Of a DNA stretch of 32,512 nt, positions 17,526 to 26,469 are shown piece after piece. The DNA is taken from the IMG/VR virus record IMGVR_UViG_3300012942_000098, positions 1 through 32,512 of that record. One strand, given 5' to 3'. The translations under genes and the position numbers were made by a program. Below the pieces are notes generated by a model. It did not search any database. It was not told where the DNA came from and saw only the letters and a program-made list of their open reading frames with translations. The DNA is from a virus (taxonomy: Duplodnaviria > Caudoviricetes). Within the stretch, counting starts at the first letter, position 1. Every line of letters begins with the position of its first letter.

Positions 17526-18430
17526 CAGGCGGCTCCTCGCCAATTCGGCGCTGGCCCAAGCTTGACAGCCCTTTCGATTTCGGCCCGGTCGAATGTCCAG
17601 CCGCAGCGCCCATCGAAGTCTTTGTGCGGGAGCGACACTGCGCCGCGAAGGTGAAGGAGGCAGCGCCACGTCTCAGAACCCATAGCCACAAAATCCCGCT
17701 GCGCTTCTGCGTCGGCGGCCTTGATAAACCCGTCGAAACGCCGGTCTGTGATGTAGCGGACAGCGTGTACCGGCCGGTAGTCGGGGTGTTGAGCGCAATA
17801 AGCCCGGAAAGCGGGAATTGAGCGAATAGCGCTGTCCTGGTCCTCGTCCTCGAGCTTGTCGAAGGCAGCCCCGGCCTTCGCCTTCGACATGAGGGCATCG
17901 GTCGGATAATTGGACCAAAATTCTTCAAATCGAGGATGGTACGAATGCCGGCGTTTAGCCGGTTTCGTACAAACATCTGAAGAGACTTCAGATGTTCTTC
18001 CTTCAGTTGGTAGTTGATAGTTGGTGGTTAGTTTTTCCGCAGACAAACCCGTTGCTTTATCGGGCTGTTGATTTTGCTTTGGTTTTTCCCGTGGTCGGCC
18101 ACCTTTCGATCCGTTTTCGGTTGCGATTTGAATACGCTTCGCCGACCTTTCGACCTCACTTTGAGCGCGCTTCTGCGCAAGCTCTCCGGCTTCGGTCATT
18201 TCTATCTTCCCACGGTCCACCAACCGGTCGATGACGCGACGTGCCTCTGCCGGGCGAATTCGGCAAAGACCGGCCACTCTGCGCTCATCGTTTTCGATAG
18301 GTCCTCCCTGGGACATGATCAGGGAGCAAATCATCCAATAGACGCCCTGCTCGGCAGCGGTCAGAACTCCGCCGACGCCGGAGATATATTCATCCGGAGA
18401 ATAATCGACCCTCCGCACCTTCTCGGGCAT
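17525..18430 (-). CDS. Phage replication initiator (DUF1376/YdaU-like N-terminus)
   Basis: DYSPDEYISGVGGVLTAAEQGVYWMICSLIMSQGGPI...ENGSKGGRP; C-terminal FEEFWSNYP...SKAKAGAAF domain. Confidence 0.8.
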   Translation of the reverse strand: MPEKVRRVDYSPDEYISGVGGVLTAAEQGVYWMICSLIMSQGGPIENDERRVAGLCRIRPAEARRVIDRLVDRGKIEMTEAGELAQKRAQSEVERSAKRIQIATENGSKGGRPREKPKQNQQPDKATGLSAEKLTTNYQLPTEGRTSEVSSDVCTKPAKRRHSYHPRFEEFWSNYPTDALMSKAKAGAAFDKLEDEDQDSAIRSIPAFRAYCAQHPDYRPVHAVRYITDRRFDGFIKAADAEAQRDFVAMGSETWRCLLHLRGAVSLPHKDFDGRCGWTFDRAEIERAVKLGPAPNWRGAA

Positions 18431-19084
18431 TTACGATGCCTTCCAATGACACAGCTCAGCAATGAGCTCGTCGGCGTACCGGATAGCGTCTTCGTAAATC
18501 TCCGATCCCTTGAGCCTGAACGTCGGAATATTCCAAGAACCCAAATAGCCGTTCCTGATCCGGTCCCGCGCAGCGTTTTCGTTGCGATGAAACTCGACAC
18601 CATCACATTCGACGGCGACGATCTGGCGATGCTCGTTCCGCTCGAGCACCAATCCGAAGTCTAGGCGATACTTGATAAAGGCCATCTGCGGGACGATGAT
18701 CACATCGCCGACAGGTAATAGCTCGGCAGCGTCTCTCCTCGAATCATGAACACGCGGAGGAACGCTTTCGAAAGCGGCCCAACGTCCAGTGATCAGCGCA
18801 CCGAACATCGTCCGTTCTATTGGGCTTTCGAGTATCGGGATCGCTTTGGCGAACTGCTCTCTAGCGACGCGCTCGACGTATTTGATGCCATCCGGGCTGA
18901 GGCCAAGGTCAGCAGCGTGATGCTGCAACCGAGGTAGCCCGAGTTCGAACGCTGTCCATCCTTTGCCAGGATGGGTCCGAAGGTCCATTTTTGAATTTGT
19001 TTGCTGCGCATAATCATGCGTGGCCGAGCCAAGCGCGTCAGAAACGTGCCTGAGACCGATCAGAGAATCCTTGGGAATGCTCAC
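18431..19084 (-). CDS. DUF559/Vsr-like PD-(D/E)xK endonuclease domain protein
   Basis: ESPIER...PQMAFIKYRLDFGL...IVAVECDGVEFH...RDRIRNGYL...TFRLKGSEI. Confidence 0.8.
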   Translation of the reverse strand: MSIPKDSLIGLRHVSDALGSATHDYAQQTNSKMDLRTHPGKGWTAFELGLPRLQHHAADLGLSPDGIKYVERVAREQFAKAIPILESPIERTMFGALITGRWAAFESVPPRVHDSRRDAAELLPVGDVIIVPQMAFIKYRLDFGLVLERNEHRQIVAVECDGVEFHRNENAARDRIRNGYLGSWNIPTFRLKGSEIYEDAIRYADELIAELCHWKAS

Positions 19085-19584
19085 GGGTGCCCAACCTCCG
19101 CCACACCCATCGATAGCTGATACTTGCGCAGCGCGTTGATAATCGTGGTGTGGTCGCGTCCACCGATACGCCTCCCGATCGCCGGCAAGCTCATCGTGGT
19201 TTCGGTCTTCATTCGGTAAATGGCTTTGTATCTGGCCGGCAAAATCGCGCGGTCGCGGCGCTGGGAAATGATGTCCTTGACCGAGACTTTGTGCTCGATC
19301 GCGACTTCAGCCAGGATGCGCTTCCATGCCGGATAGAGCGGGTCTTCGCTCACCCGATCTATCGGCGACGGCAACGCCGCAGGGATAAGCCAGTCTCTCG
19401 GCGAGACCGTGAGAACCATCGGGACGGGCGCCGGCGGAAGCGCGGCCGGAGGACACGGTGCAGTCGCGAAATGCGCGCGCCGCATGGCCGCGCAAAAACG
19501 CAGGTCTTGCTTGATGATATGCTCCCGGCGTTTTTCATCGGGCGCGAGTTCCCATCCGTAACTGACACGAGCATAGCTTTTCAT
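19081..19584 (-). CDS. DnaA C-terminal (domain IV) HTH protein
   Basis: ILAEVAIEHKVSVKDIISQRRDRAILPARYKAIY...SLPAIGRRIGGRDHTTIINALRK matches the Bac_DnaA_C signature. Confidence 0.88.
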   Translation of the reverse strand: MKSYARVSYGWELAPDEKRREHIIKQDLRFCAAMRRAHFATAPCPPAALPPAPVPMVLTVSPRDWLIPAALPSPIDRVSEDPLYPAWKRILAEVAIEHKVSVKDIISQRRDRAILPARYKAIYRMKTETTMSLPAIGRRIGGRDHTTIINALRKYQLSMGVAEVGHP

Positions 19585-19952
19585 GTCGCGCTCCTGATGA
19601 CGACGGTGCAGGGATCGGCGTCACGGACGACCAGAGCCGAGGCGCTGCGCACGTAACGGTTGTTGTCGTCGATGATGATCCCAAGCGTTTTGAGCAGGTC
19701 GATTGGTGCCTTGAGCCGGTTGTCCGGATCGAACGGGACAGCGTGCGGCGAGCAGAGCTCGACCGTGATGTCTACAAGGCCGGCGAATTTCGGTGGGTGC
19801 TGGCTCTTGAGAATCCAGCCGGCTTCCGCGCGCCATGCGGCATATTCCTTCGACGGCACGCGACCGCGCTTAAGTACATTGACGAACAGGCCATTGGTCG
19901 AGGGCGGCCAAGGAAGCGCTATCCGCGTCTCGGTAATGGTGGAGGCGGTCAT
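19581..19952 (-). CDS. rusA: RusA-family Holliday junction resolvase
   Basis: LPWPPSTNGLF...DPDNRLKAPIDLL...IIIDDN catalytic pattern. Confidence 0.85.
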   Translation of the reverse strand: MTASTITETRIALPWPPSTNGLFVNVLKRGRVPSKEYAAWRAEAGWILKSQHPPKFAGLVDITVELCSPHAVPFDPDNRLKAPIDLLKTLGIIIDDNNRYVRSASALVVRDADPCTVVIRSAT

Positions 19953-20959
19953 GCGGCGGCCGTGGGCTGTAGCATCTCGACAGTGCGCGCCTCGAAAAGC
20001 TCCCCAATGTTTCGCTTTGCCTGCCGGAAATAGCTGGGCTTGAGCTCGAAACCGATGCCCTTACGGCCCATTTCGACGGCGCAATAGACCTCGCTGCCGA
20101 TACCCAAAAATGGGGTAAGGACGGTTTCACCGGGAAGGGACCACAGATCGATACACCGCTCGATTACATCGAGTTGAAGCGGCGCAATGTGGACTTCGTC
20201 CTTTTCGTCGCGACCGCCGCGATATTGCAGGGTGCGGGTTTGATCGATGTCGGTCCAAACCGGATCGGCATAGCGCTGCCATATCAGGATCGACACCCAA
20301 GTCTCGTACGGCCATGGAGTATAAGGCCCTGGACCTGTCCACGCTGCCCGGCGCTCGGCAATATCTGCCTCGTAAGCAGCACGGCTCAGATCAAAATCCG
20401 CGCCAATGAAGTGGTCGAACATGCCGGCGATCGGGCGTGCGTTGTAGCCCGGCTTGTGGAATGTGCAAACATAGTCGGCCAGCCCCTGACCGCTTACCGC
20501 GCTGTCCGAAGCGACTTGCTTATGGAGCAGCCGGATCGACTTCGTGCGCTGCTGGGCGACAACCGGGTCTTTCCCAATCATCACTTCCGAATGGAAAATC
20601 CAGCCGGCGTCTTCCCATGCCCTGATGATTTCGCCGCGGAAGTCGCGCATGCCAATGTGACCGTGATTGATTTTCGTCATCGGCAACTGCATGCAATGGA
20701 CGCAATGCAGGCGGCCGGGCTTCGTCACGCGCAGGAGTTCGGAAATCAGAAAAGCGTAGTGCTCCCAGAACTGGTCGCCCTTGTTGTTCGAGATGTCCCG
20801 GTCGAAATTGCTGAACTTGTAAAGCCCCTCGAAGGGCGGCGAGTGAATGCCGAAGTCGATGCTTTCGGACGGGATCGCGCGGATTAGCTCACAAGCGTCA
20901 CCCTGGTAGATCGCATATTCTGGTTTGATGACTTGTTCGACGGCCTTAATGTCGTTCAT
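19949..20959 (-). CDS. DNA amino-methyltransferase (N4-C/N6-A, beta class)
   Basis: Catalytic HSPPF near the N-terminus and SAM-binding VLTPFLGIGS...GIGFELK at the C-terminus. Confidence 0.92.
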   Translation of the reverse strand: MNDIKAVEQVIKPEYAIYQGDACELIRAIPSESIDFGIHSPPFEGLYKFSNFDRDISNNKGDQFWEHYAFLISELLRVTKPGRLHCVHCMQLPMTKINHGHIGMRDFRGEIIRAWEDAGWIFHSEVMIGKDPVVAQQRTKSIRLLHKQVASDSAVSGQGLADYVCTFHKPGYNARPIAGMFDHFIGADFDLSRAAYEADIAERRAAWTGPGPYTPWPYETWVSILIWQRYADPVWTDIDQTRTLQYRGGRDEKDEVHIAPLQLDVIERCIDLWSLPGETVLTPFLGIGSEVYCAVEMGRKGIGFELKPSYFRQAKRNIGELFEARTVEMLQPTAAA

Positions 20960-22356
20960 GCTACCCTCAGAAATTCCGGCAGCTCCATGGGCTGTGTCGG
21001 GTGATAATCGGGGACGACGCGGGCCGTGCCGGCCACTTCGTGGCGGCTCAGGTCGGCCATGTGGAGGATCATCGCCGCGGCCATGCGGTCGGCGTCAGCT
21101 TCCTTGCGTTTGAGATTGGAAAGGACGGCGCCTTCCGTTTCGGCTGCGATGAAATGGACCGTTACGGGCTTCGTCTGCCCGAAGCGCCAGAAGCGCCTAA
21201 TGGCCTGATAGACCTGCTCGAAACTGTCGCTGAGGCCGACAAACCCCGTGTCGGCGCAGTGCTGCCAGTTCATTCCGAAGCCAGCGATCGACGGCTTGGT
21301 AACCAGCACGCGAATTCGGCTTTCGCTGAAATCGATCAGCTTGCGCTCTTTATCAGCCTCGCTGTCAGATCCCCGAACCTCGACCGCGCCTGGAACGGCA
21401 TTGGCGAGTGCTTCGCTTTCGGCGTTGAGGTTGCACCACCATACGAACGGCCGATCGCTGGGCGTGATAGAGGCGGCAAGGGCGGCCCGCTCGGCCACGG
21501 TGTTTCGTCGGGCGCCAAGACGCTCTTGGAGCGTTCGCGCTTCCATCGGGAACAGCAGACCGGTATCCAGCGACGGAGCATAGTCAGCCGCCACAAGGTG
21601 CTGTACCTGCGTCAGTGGCGGAAGGTCATACCCCGCATTGGCGTATCCAAGGTCGGAGGGCTTGCGGATCATGATGGCCCATGATGCCATCCACTTCCAG
21701 AACTCAGTTTCCGCGTGACCTTTGAGACGCCATTTTTGCGTATCGCCGCCGTCGTGCGTGAAGAACGTCGCCAGCATGTCGGAGTAGGACATGACACCCA
21801 AGAACTCCGCGTGATTGCCAAGCTCCATGAAGTCGTTTGGTGCGGGCGTCGCCGTGGCGGCCAACCGGAATGGGATGGCGCTACACGCTTCGATCAGTTC
21901 CGTGCGATAATGGCCCGTGGTGTTTTTGAGGATTGAACTCTCGTCCAGCACGACACCGGCGAAGGCCGAAAGATCGAAGTGCTCGATCTTCTGGTAATTG
22001 GTGATGTTCGTTCCGGGGCCGATGTCGGCGGAAGACTTTACAGCGCGGGCAGCAATGTTGAATTTGCCGGCTTCCCGGCAAAGCTGAGCCGAAACCGCTA
22101 GCGGAGCAAGTTCAAGGATATCGCCGCCGGTCTCGCGGTGGATGGCGTCGGCCCATGCCAGTTCCATCAGGCTCTTGCCGAGGCCGGTTCCGGCAAACAA
22201 GGCCGCGCGCCCGCGCCGAAGCGCCCAAGCTGTAATGTCGCGCTGAAAATCGAACAGGTCCGGATGGAGGTCCGGAACCCTTGATAGACCGGTCGGCGGG
22301 TCAATAATGCGCTTACGGGCAAGGAAATCCGCGTAGCCGGCGAGCGTGGCGTTCAT
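20956..22356 (-). CDS. SF2 (SNF2-like) helicase/ATPase
   Basis: Walker A AGTGLGKS, Walker B VLDESS, TATP, GFGMNWQ and QAIRRFWRFGQ; ATGA-coupled to the methyltransferase. Confidence 0.9.
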   Translation of the reverse strand: MNATLAGYADFLARKRIIDPPTGLSRVPDLHPDLFDFQRDITAWALRRGRAALFAGTGLGKSLMELAWADAIHRETGGDILELAPLAVSAQLCREAGKFNIAARAVKSSADIGPGTNITNYQKIEHFDLSAFAGVVLDESSILKNTTGHYRTELIEACSAIPFRLAATATPAPNDFMELGNHAEFLGVMSYSDMLATFFTHDGGDTQKWRLKGHAETEFWKWMASWAIMIRKPSDLGYANAGYDLPPLTQVQHLVAADYAPSLDTGLLFPMEARTLQERLGARRNTVAERAALAASITPSDRPFVWWCNLNAESEALANAVPGAVEVRGSDSEADKERKLIDFSESRIRVLVTKPSIAGFGMNWQHCADTGFVGLSDSFEQVYQAIRRFWRFGQTKPVTVHFIAAETEGAVLSNLKRKEADADRMAAAMILHMADLSRHEVAGTARVVPDYHPTQPMELPEFLRVA

Positions 22357-22640
22357 TTATCCCCGCCCTCCCCTGCCCATGCTATCGTTCGTCCATGACC
22401 GAATCCGACCTCATCAAGCGCCTGCTGCACTCCCGCTGCGTCATGGAAAAATACCGGCGATACCCCGGCAGATTTCGCGCGGACCTCGGCGATGAACTTG
22501 CCATCTGCGAGACCGAGATCGGCATCCTCCGCGAGTACCAGCGAGATTTCCCGGCCCGGCACGACCATATCGAGGGCATCGTGCGCGGATGGATGGAAGC
22601 GCAGGCGAAAATCAGGGCAATGATGGATTGAGAGGGTCAT
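22353..22640 (-). CDS. Bridging ORF coupled to both neighbours (may not encode a functional protein)
   Basis: ATG overlaps the C5 MTase stop (ATGA) and its stop overlaps the helicase start; composition resembles an antisense shadow. Confidence 0.4.
   Translation of the reverse strand: MTLSIHHCPDFRLRFHPSAHDALDMVVPGREISLVLAEDADLGLADGKFIAEVRAKSAGVSPVFFHDAAGVQQALDEVGFGHGRTIAWAGEGGDK
22395..22631 (+). CDS. Hypothetical protein nested antisense within the early operon
   Basis: 78 aa, helical and charged, with G/C-ending codons; lies wholly inside the - strand ORF 22353-22640. Confidence 0.6.
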   Translation: MTESDLIKRLLHSRCVMEKYRRYPGRFRADLGDELAICETEIGILREYQRDFPARHDHIEGIVRGWMEAQAKIRAMMD

Positions 22641-24502
22641 TCAGCCGCCACCATGAGTTCGCGCCGAACATTGAGCTCCGCCAGTAGCTGGATCGGCAGC
22701 GGCGGGACGGAATTGCCGACGAGGTGATATTTTTCGGTTTTGGTGAGGCGGCGCGTCACGCCGTCGATGACAATCTCGGCCGGGAGCGCCTTCGGTCCGA
22801 AGCCATGCGCCGCCGCGCCCTCCTCTGGCTCCAGCATCCGGATGCCGATATCGTCGAGGATGCGCGTCTCGCGGGCGACCTTGACCTCAACCAGGCCGTG
22901 CCGGGCTTTGGCGGTCACCGCATGCAGCGGATCGGTCGCCGGCTGGTCCATGCCGCCGGTCCCGTAATATTGCTGCAGGAAGGCCAGGATGAGGTGCGCA
23001 TGGCCGCCGCTGGCAGAGACGGCGGCGAGCGGCTCATCCGGATTGCGCGCAACCGAGGCACCCCGCATTTCGCCGAGCGTAGCGGTCACAATGCCCACCT
23101 GTGGTTGAACCGTCAGCGTCGCCAGCGGCTCCCCGGGCTCGCGGCCCGGATGCACGCCGCCGATGCGGCGGCTGTCGTTGTTGTGCTGGGCAAGGAACGC
23201 CGCGACCAGTGCGGCTTTGCTGCCGCCGGCGACCTGCGTTCCGGCCGGCTCCTCGATGTCGAGCGTGCGCGGCGCTTGGCCATCGCGCTCGCCATAGCCG
23301 GTTTGGATGAGGCTGGCCGCAACGAGGATGCGGTCCTCTTTCGTCGTGCCCGAACCCATCGGCTCTTCGAGATCGCGCGGCTCGGTCTGCGCCGCACGGG
23401 CGCCGGCGCCGACAACAGTCGCCGAGACGAGCGCGAGATTGCCCCCGCCCGCGTGGACTGTCGTCACCGGCTCATCGATTCCATATTCGCGGCGGCTCCC
23501 GCTGTCGCCATGCGCGAGACCGGCCAACGAGGGCACGGCCACGACATTCTCGCCGCCCCGCGCCGTAGTGATCGTTGATAGCGGCAGGTCGGCCGAGCGC
23601 GGCCCGTTGCTGCCGCGCGTGTGGGTGATCGGCACAATGAAGGGCTTCGGCGCTTCGACGACGTAACGCATGACGCCGCGCGCGACGCGGCGCAAGGTCG
23701 CCTCCGCCAGTGGCTTCTGCCGGCCGAAGATCGACTTCACCGGCAGCGACCAGTCGATGATCGTGTGCGCGCCGATCCAGGACTTGAGGCCAAGCCGCTT
23801 GGCGTCCTTGCGCGGCGCGTGCGTCCGCTCCGGCCAGACGATTGGGCCGCCATCGGCGCGCATCACGCCGAAAAGCCGCGTCCGTATCGTCGGCACGCCG
23901 AAGTCGGCGCAGCAGATCACGCGCCACTCGAAGCTGTAGCCGAGGTGTTCCCGAATATGCCGCTCGAAGGCGCGCCAGATTTTGCCCTTTTTCTTCGGGT
24001 CGGGCACGAGCCATTGCTGCTCGACCGGGACGCGCTCGCCCTTGGCCGCGACTGTGCCGTCGAGCTTGAGCACGCGGCCGGTCGCCGGGTCGCGCTTGGC
24101 GATGAGCGGCGACCAGGTCGTGATCTCGCGGACGTTTTCGAGGGTGATCGTCTCTGGCCGCACCTGGCCGGCCCAGCGGCAGATCACCCAGGCGAGCGAC
24201 CGGACGCGCTTGCTGACCGGCTTCGATCCCTTGGCGACCGAGAAATGCCGGCAATCGGGCGAGGCGTGGAGCACTCGCACACCTCGGCCTTTGCAAGCCT
24301 GGCGCGGATCGACCTCGAACACATCGGACTGCAGATGCACCGTGTGCGGATGCCGCTTCTGGTGCACCGCGATCGCCACTGGATCGTGGTTGATGGCGAG
24401 GTGTACCGGGAAGCCGGCCTGCTCTAGGCCATCGCAGCCGCCGCCCATGCCGGCGAACAGCACCACCGTCATCCTATTGTCGAGCGACCATGACGCGTTC
24501 AC
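22637..24502 (-). CDS. C5 cytosine DNA methyltransferase
   Basis: Motifs I (LFAGMGG), IV (ASPDC), VI (LENV), VIII (RTRLF) and X (GNSVPP); long repetitive variable region. Confidence 0.95.
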   Translation of the reverse strand: MNASWSLDNRMTVVLFAGMGGGCDGLEQAGFPVHLAINHDPVAIAVHQKRHPHTVHLQSDVFEVDPRQACKGRGVRVLHASPDCRHFSVAKGSKPVSKRVRSLAWVICRWAGQVRPETITLENVREITTWSPLIAKRDPATGRVLKLDGTVAAKGERVPVEQQWLVPDPKKKGKIWRAFERHIREHLGYSFEWRVICCADFGVPTIRTRLFGVMRADGGPIVWPERTHAPRKDAKRLGLKSWIGAHTIIDWSLPVKSIFGRQKPLAEATLRRVARGVMRYVVEAPKPFIVPITHTRGSNGPRSADLPLSTITTARGGENVVAVPSLAGLAHGDSGSRREYGIDEPVTTVHAGGGNLALVSATVVGAGARAAQTEPRDLEEPMGSGTTKEDRILVAASLIQTGYGERDGQAPRTLDIEEPAGTQVAGGSKAALVAAFLAQHNNDSRRIGGVHPGREPGEPLATLTVQPQVGIVTATLGEMRGASVARNPDEPLAAVSASGGHAHLILAFLQQYYGTGGMDQPATDPLHAVTAKARHGLVEVKVARETRILDDIGIRMLEPEEGAAAHGFGPKALPAEIVIDGVTRRLTKTEKYHLVGNSVPPLPIQLLAELNVRRELMVAAE

Positions 24503-24711
24503 TGCGCAGTCCTCTTGCGCCCGCGGGCACGCTCGGCATTAGCGTTCTGCTTCGCCGTCTCTGCCGCTATTTCAGCCATGAGGCGCATCGTGGTATGCGC
24601 AACATCGCGCCGATAATGCCGGGTCTCGAATTTGCGCAGCCGCTCGCTGTTCTTGACGATGCGCTGCGGTAAGTCGCCGGGCACGCGCCTGATGATCGGT
24701 AAATCGTTCAT
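24499..24711 (-). CDS. Hypothetical protein
   Basis: 70 aa, coupled to both neighbours (ATGA and GTGA overlaps). Confidence 0.6.
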   Translation of the reverse strand: MNDLPIIRRVPGDLPQRIVKNSERLRKFETRHYRRDVAHTTMRLMAEIAAETAKQNANAERARGRKRTAQ

Positions 24712-25571
24712 TGCCGCACCTGCTTGTGCTCAATGCCAGCTTCATCCATCACCGTGGCGATGCGCTCGACGATCTCGAATGTCTTTTTGCGAACGTCCAT
24801 CAGTTCGTCGCTGAGGCGCTCGATGGTGTCCCATCCGCGTCCGGCGAGCCGCATCTTGCGGACAATTTTCAGCGCGGCGACGATCTCCGGAACCTCGAAG
24901 GCGTGGATATAATCGGTGCCAAGATCGGCCTGCAGCTTCTCGACGATCGAAAGCGCTCGCTGCGCTTCTGCCGAATTTCCTTGTCGACGGCGCTTAAGCT
25001 CCTGGTCGTGGAGTTTCGCCGCTTGCTCACGCCATTCCTTCTTTGCTTTTTCGACTGCCGCACCGATTAGTGCCGCGTCGGCTTCGCCAGCGCGCCGCAC
25101 AAGGGCGGCGACGAAGCCCGGCGATAACGGTTCTGGCGTCAATAGCGGCGCCTGCTTGACGGTGCGCAGCGTCCCGCCGTCCCACGTGACGAGCCCCCAA
25201 TTCGGTGGCAGCTCGTCGACTTTGACGAGGCCCGGAGGCGTTGCGAGCGACCAGCGGTGGCAATAGCGAAAGATCGCCTGCGACTTCGCCGGGTCTTTCA
25301 TTTCGTTGAGGAAGTCCGTTCGGGAGATCTTGACTTCAAACCCGTGGACCTGATGACCGGTCGAAGGCCAGATGCCGATTGAAACGGCATCGGCATGGCG
25401 ACTTACTCGCGCGCCAGTATCATTGCCGACCTCAAAGAAAGTCTGATAGCCGGCGCCGCGCGAAGAGCGTATACCGAGCTTAATGTCGGACGACGTAATC
25501 TTCCGGCTCGGTTTTTCGTCTTCATCAGGCAAACCTTCCCCGATCTCGGAATCGAGCATTTTCGTCTCCAT
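24708..25571 (-). CDS. MmcB-like PD-(D/E)xK nuclease domain protein
   Basis: FEV...HADAVSIGIWPS...HGFEVKISRTDFLNE...P.K...ELPPNWGLV followed by a coiled-coil tail. Confidence 0.7.
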   Translation of the reverse strand: METKMLDSEIGEGLPDEDEKPSRKITSSDIKLGIRSSRGAGYQTFFEVGNDTGARVSRHADAVSIGIWPSTGHQVHGFEVKISRTDFLNEMKDPAKSQAIFRYCHRWSLATPPGLVKVDELPPNWGLVTWDGGTLRTVKQAPLLTPEPLSPGFVAALVRRAGEADAALIGAAVEKAKKEWREQAAKLHDQELKRRRQGNSAEAQRALSIVEKLQADLGTDYIHAFEVPEIVAALKIVRKMRLAGRGWDTIERLSDELMDVRKKTFEIVERIATVMDEAGIEHKQVRQ

Positions 25572-25632
25572 AATCTGCCGGTGCCGTCTGCCGGTTGTCC
25601 CGCCGCTGCTGACCAGCCCGGAAATTCAGTCG

Positions 25633-25935
25633 TTAGGCGTCGGCTGGTACGCCTGCGTAGAGCGCGATCGTAGCCTCCAGATCTGCCTCTTCGGCGTCGA
25701 AGGCGCGCATTAGTGCCTCGTGGTGGCGCTCCGCTAGCGCGCGACGCTCGCGAACGGTTTCCAGTTCTGCGACGAAGGCATGGCCGTCGCTCGAAAGTTT
25801 CTGGCGCGACGATTCCGCCCGCGCGATCATCGGCGCCTGGTGCTGCGCCGTCTCGATAAGGACGCGCTCAAGCCCCGGCATATCCGGCTCGGGCTTGACG
25901 ACGTGGAGTTCAGCTTTCTTGGCCGTCATGGTCAT
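25633..25935 (-). CDS. Hypothetical coiled-coil protein
   Basis: 100 aa, ATGA-coupled to the upstream gene. Confidence 0.65.
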   Translation of the reverse strand: MTMTAKKAELHVVKPEPDMPGLERVLIETAQHQAPMIARAESSRQKLSSDGHAFVAELETVRERRALAERHHEALMRAFDAEEADLEATIALYAGVPADA

Positions 25936-26357
25936 TTTCCCTTCGTTGCCGCCTTCTTCGCCTCAAGCTTCGCCACCAGAGCGCGAACCTCAGCTTCAAG
26001 GCTGTCCAAATCATCATCGCCGATGGCCTTCTCGATCGCGATTTCCTGCTGAAGCTTGGTGACCAGGCGCTCACAGAGGTTCAGATAGGCCGCCCGCACG
26101 CGGCCAAAGAGCGCAACGTCACAGGTCTTGGCGCGGCCCTTAGCAAGGTGGATCACCTGCCAGAAGCTCAGGCCCCAGCGCTGCTCAATCGCCGCCGCAA
26201 CATCGTCCGCATCGCGGCCGGGCCGGCTCTCGGCTTCGACCAAGGCGCGCGCCATGCGTGACGCTCGCCCGGTGTTGAATGTGAAATACGGGTCGTACGC
26301 TTCGACGCTCATTCGCTGTACCGACTTGTCTGTTTTTGGGAAGCCCATGCTTTCCAT
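25932..26357 (-). CDS. Putative phage transcriptional regulator (CII-like position, helical)
   Basis: 141 aa; ARALVEAESRPGRDADDVAAAIEQRWGLSFWQVIHL has an HTH-like pattern; GGAG SD. Confidence 0.55.
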   Translation of the reverse strand: MESMGFPKTDKSVQRMSVEAYDPYFTFNTGRASRMARALVEAESRPGRDADDVAAAIEQRWGLSFWQVIHLAKGRAKTCDVALFGRVRAAYLNLCERLVTKLQQEIAIEKAIGDDDLDSLEAEVRALVAKLEAKKAATKGK

Positions 26358-26469
26358 CTCCGGCTACGGTTTGATCCGTCAGACGGAGGGTAGGTATGAA
26401 AACCAACTGGCGACGGCTCGGGAGCGTCCTGGCAGACTTGACGAGCAGTCGTGAAAAGCTTGCGGCGGC

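Noticed and set aside
16692-17654. + strand 320-aa ORF
   Set aside because: It crosses a terminator and three other genes, has low-complexity composition and lacks an SD.
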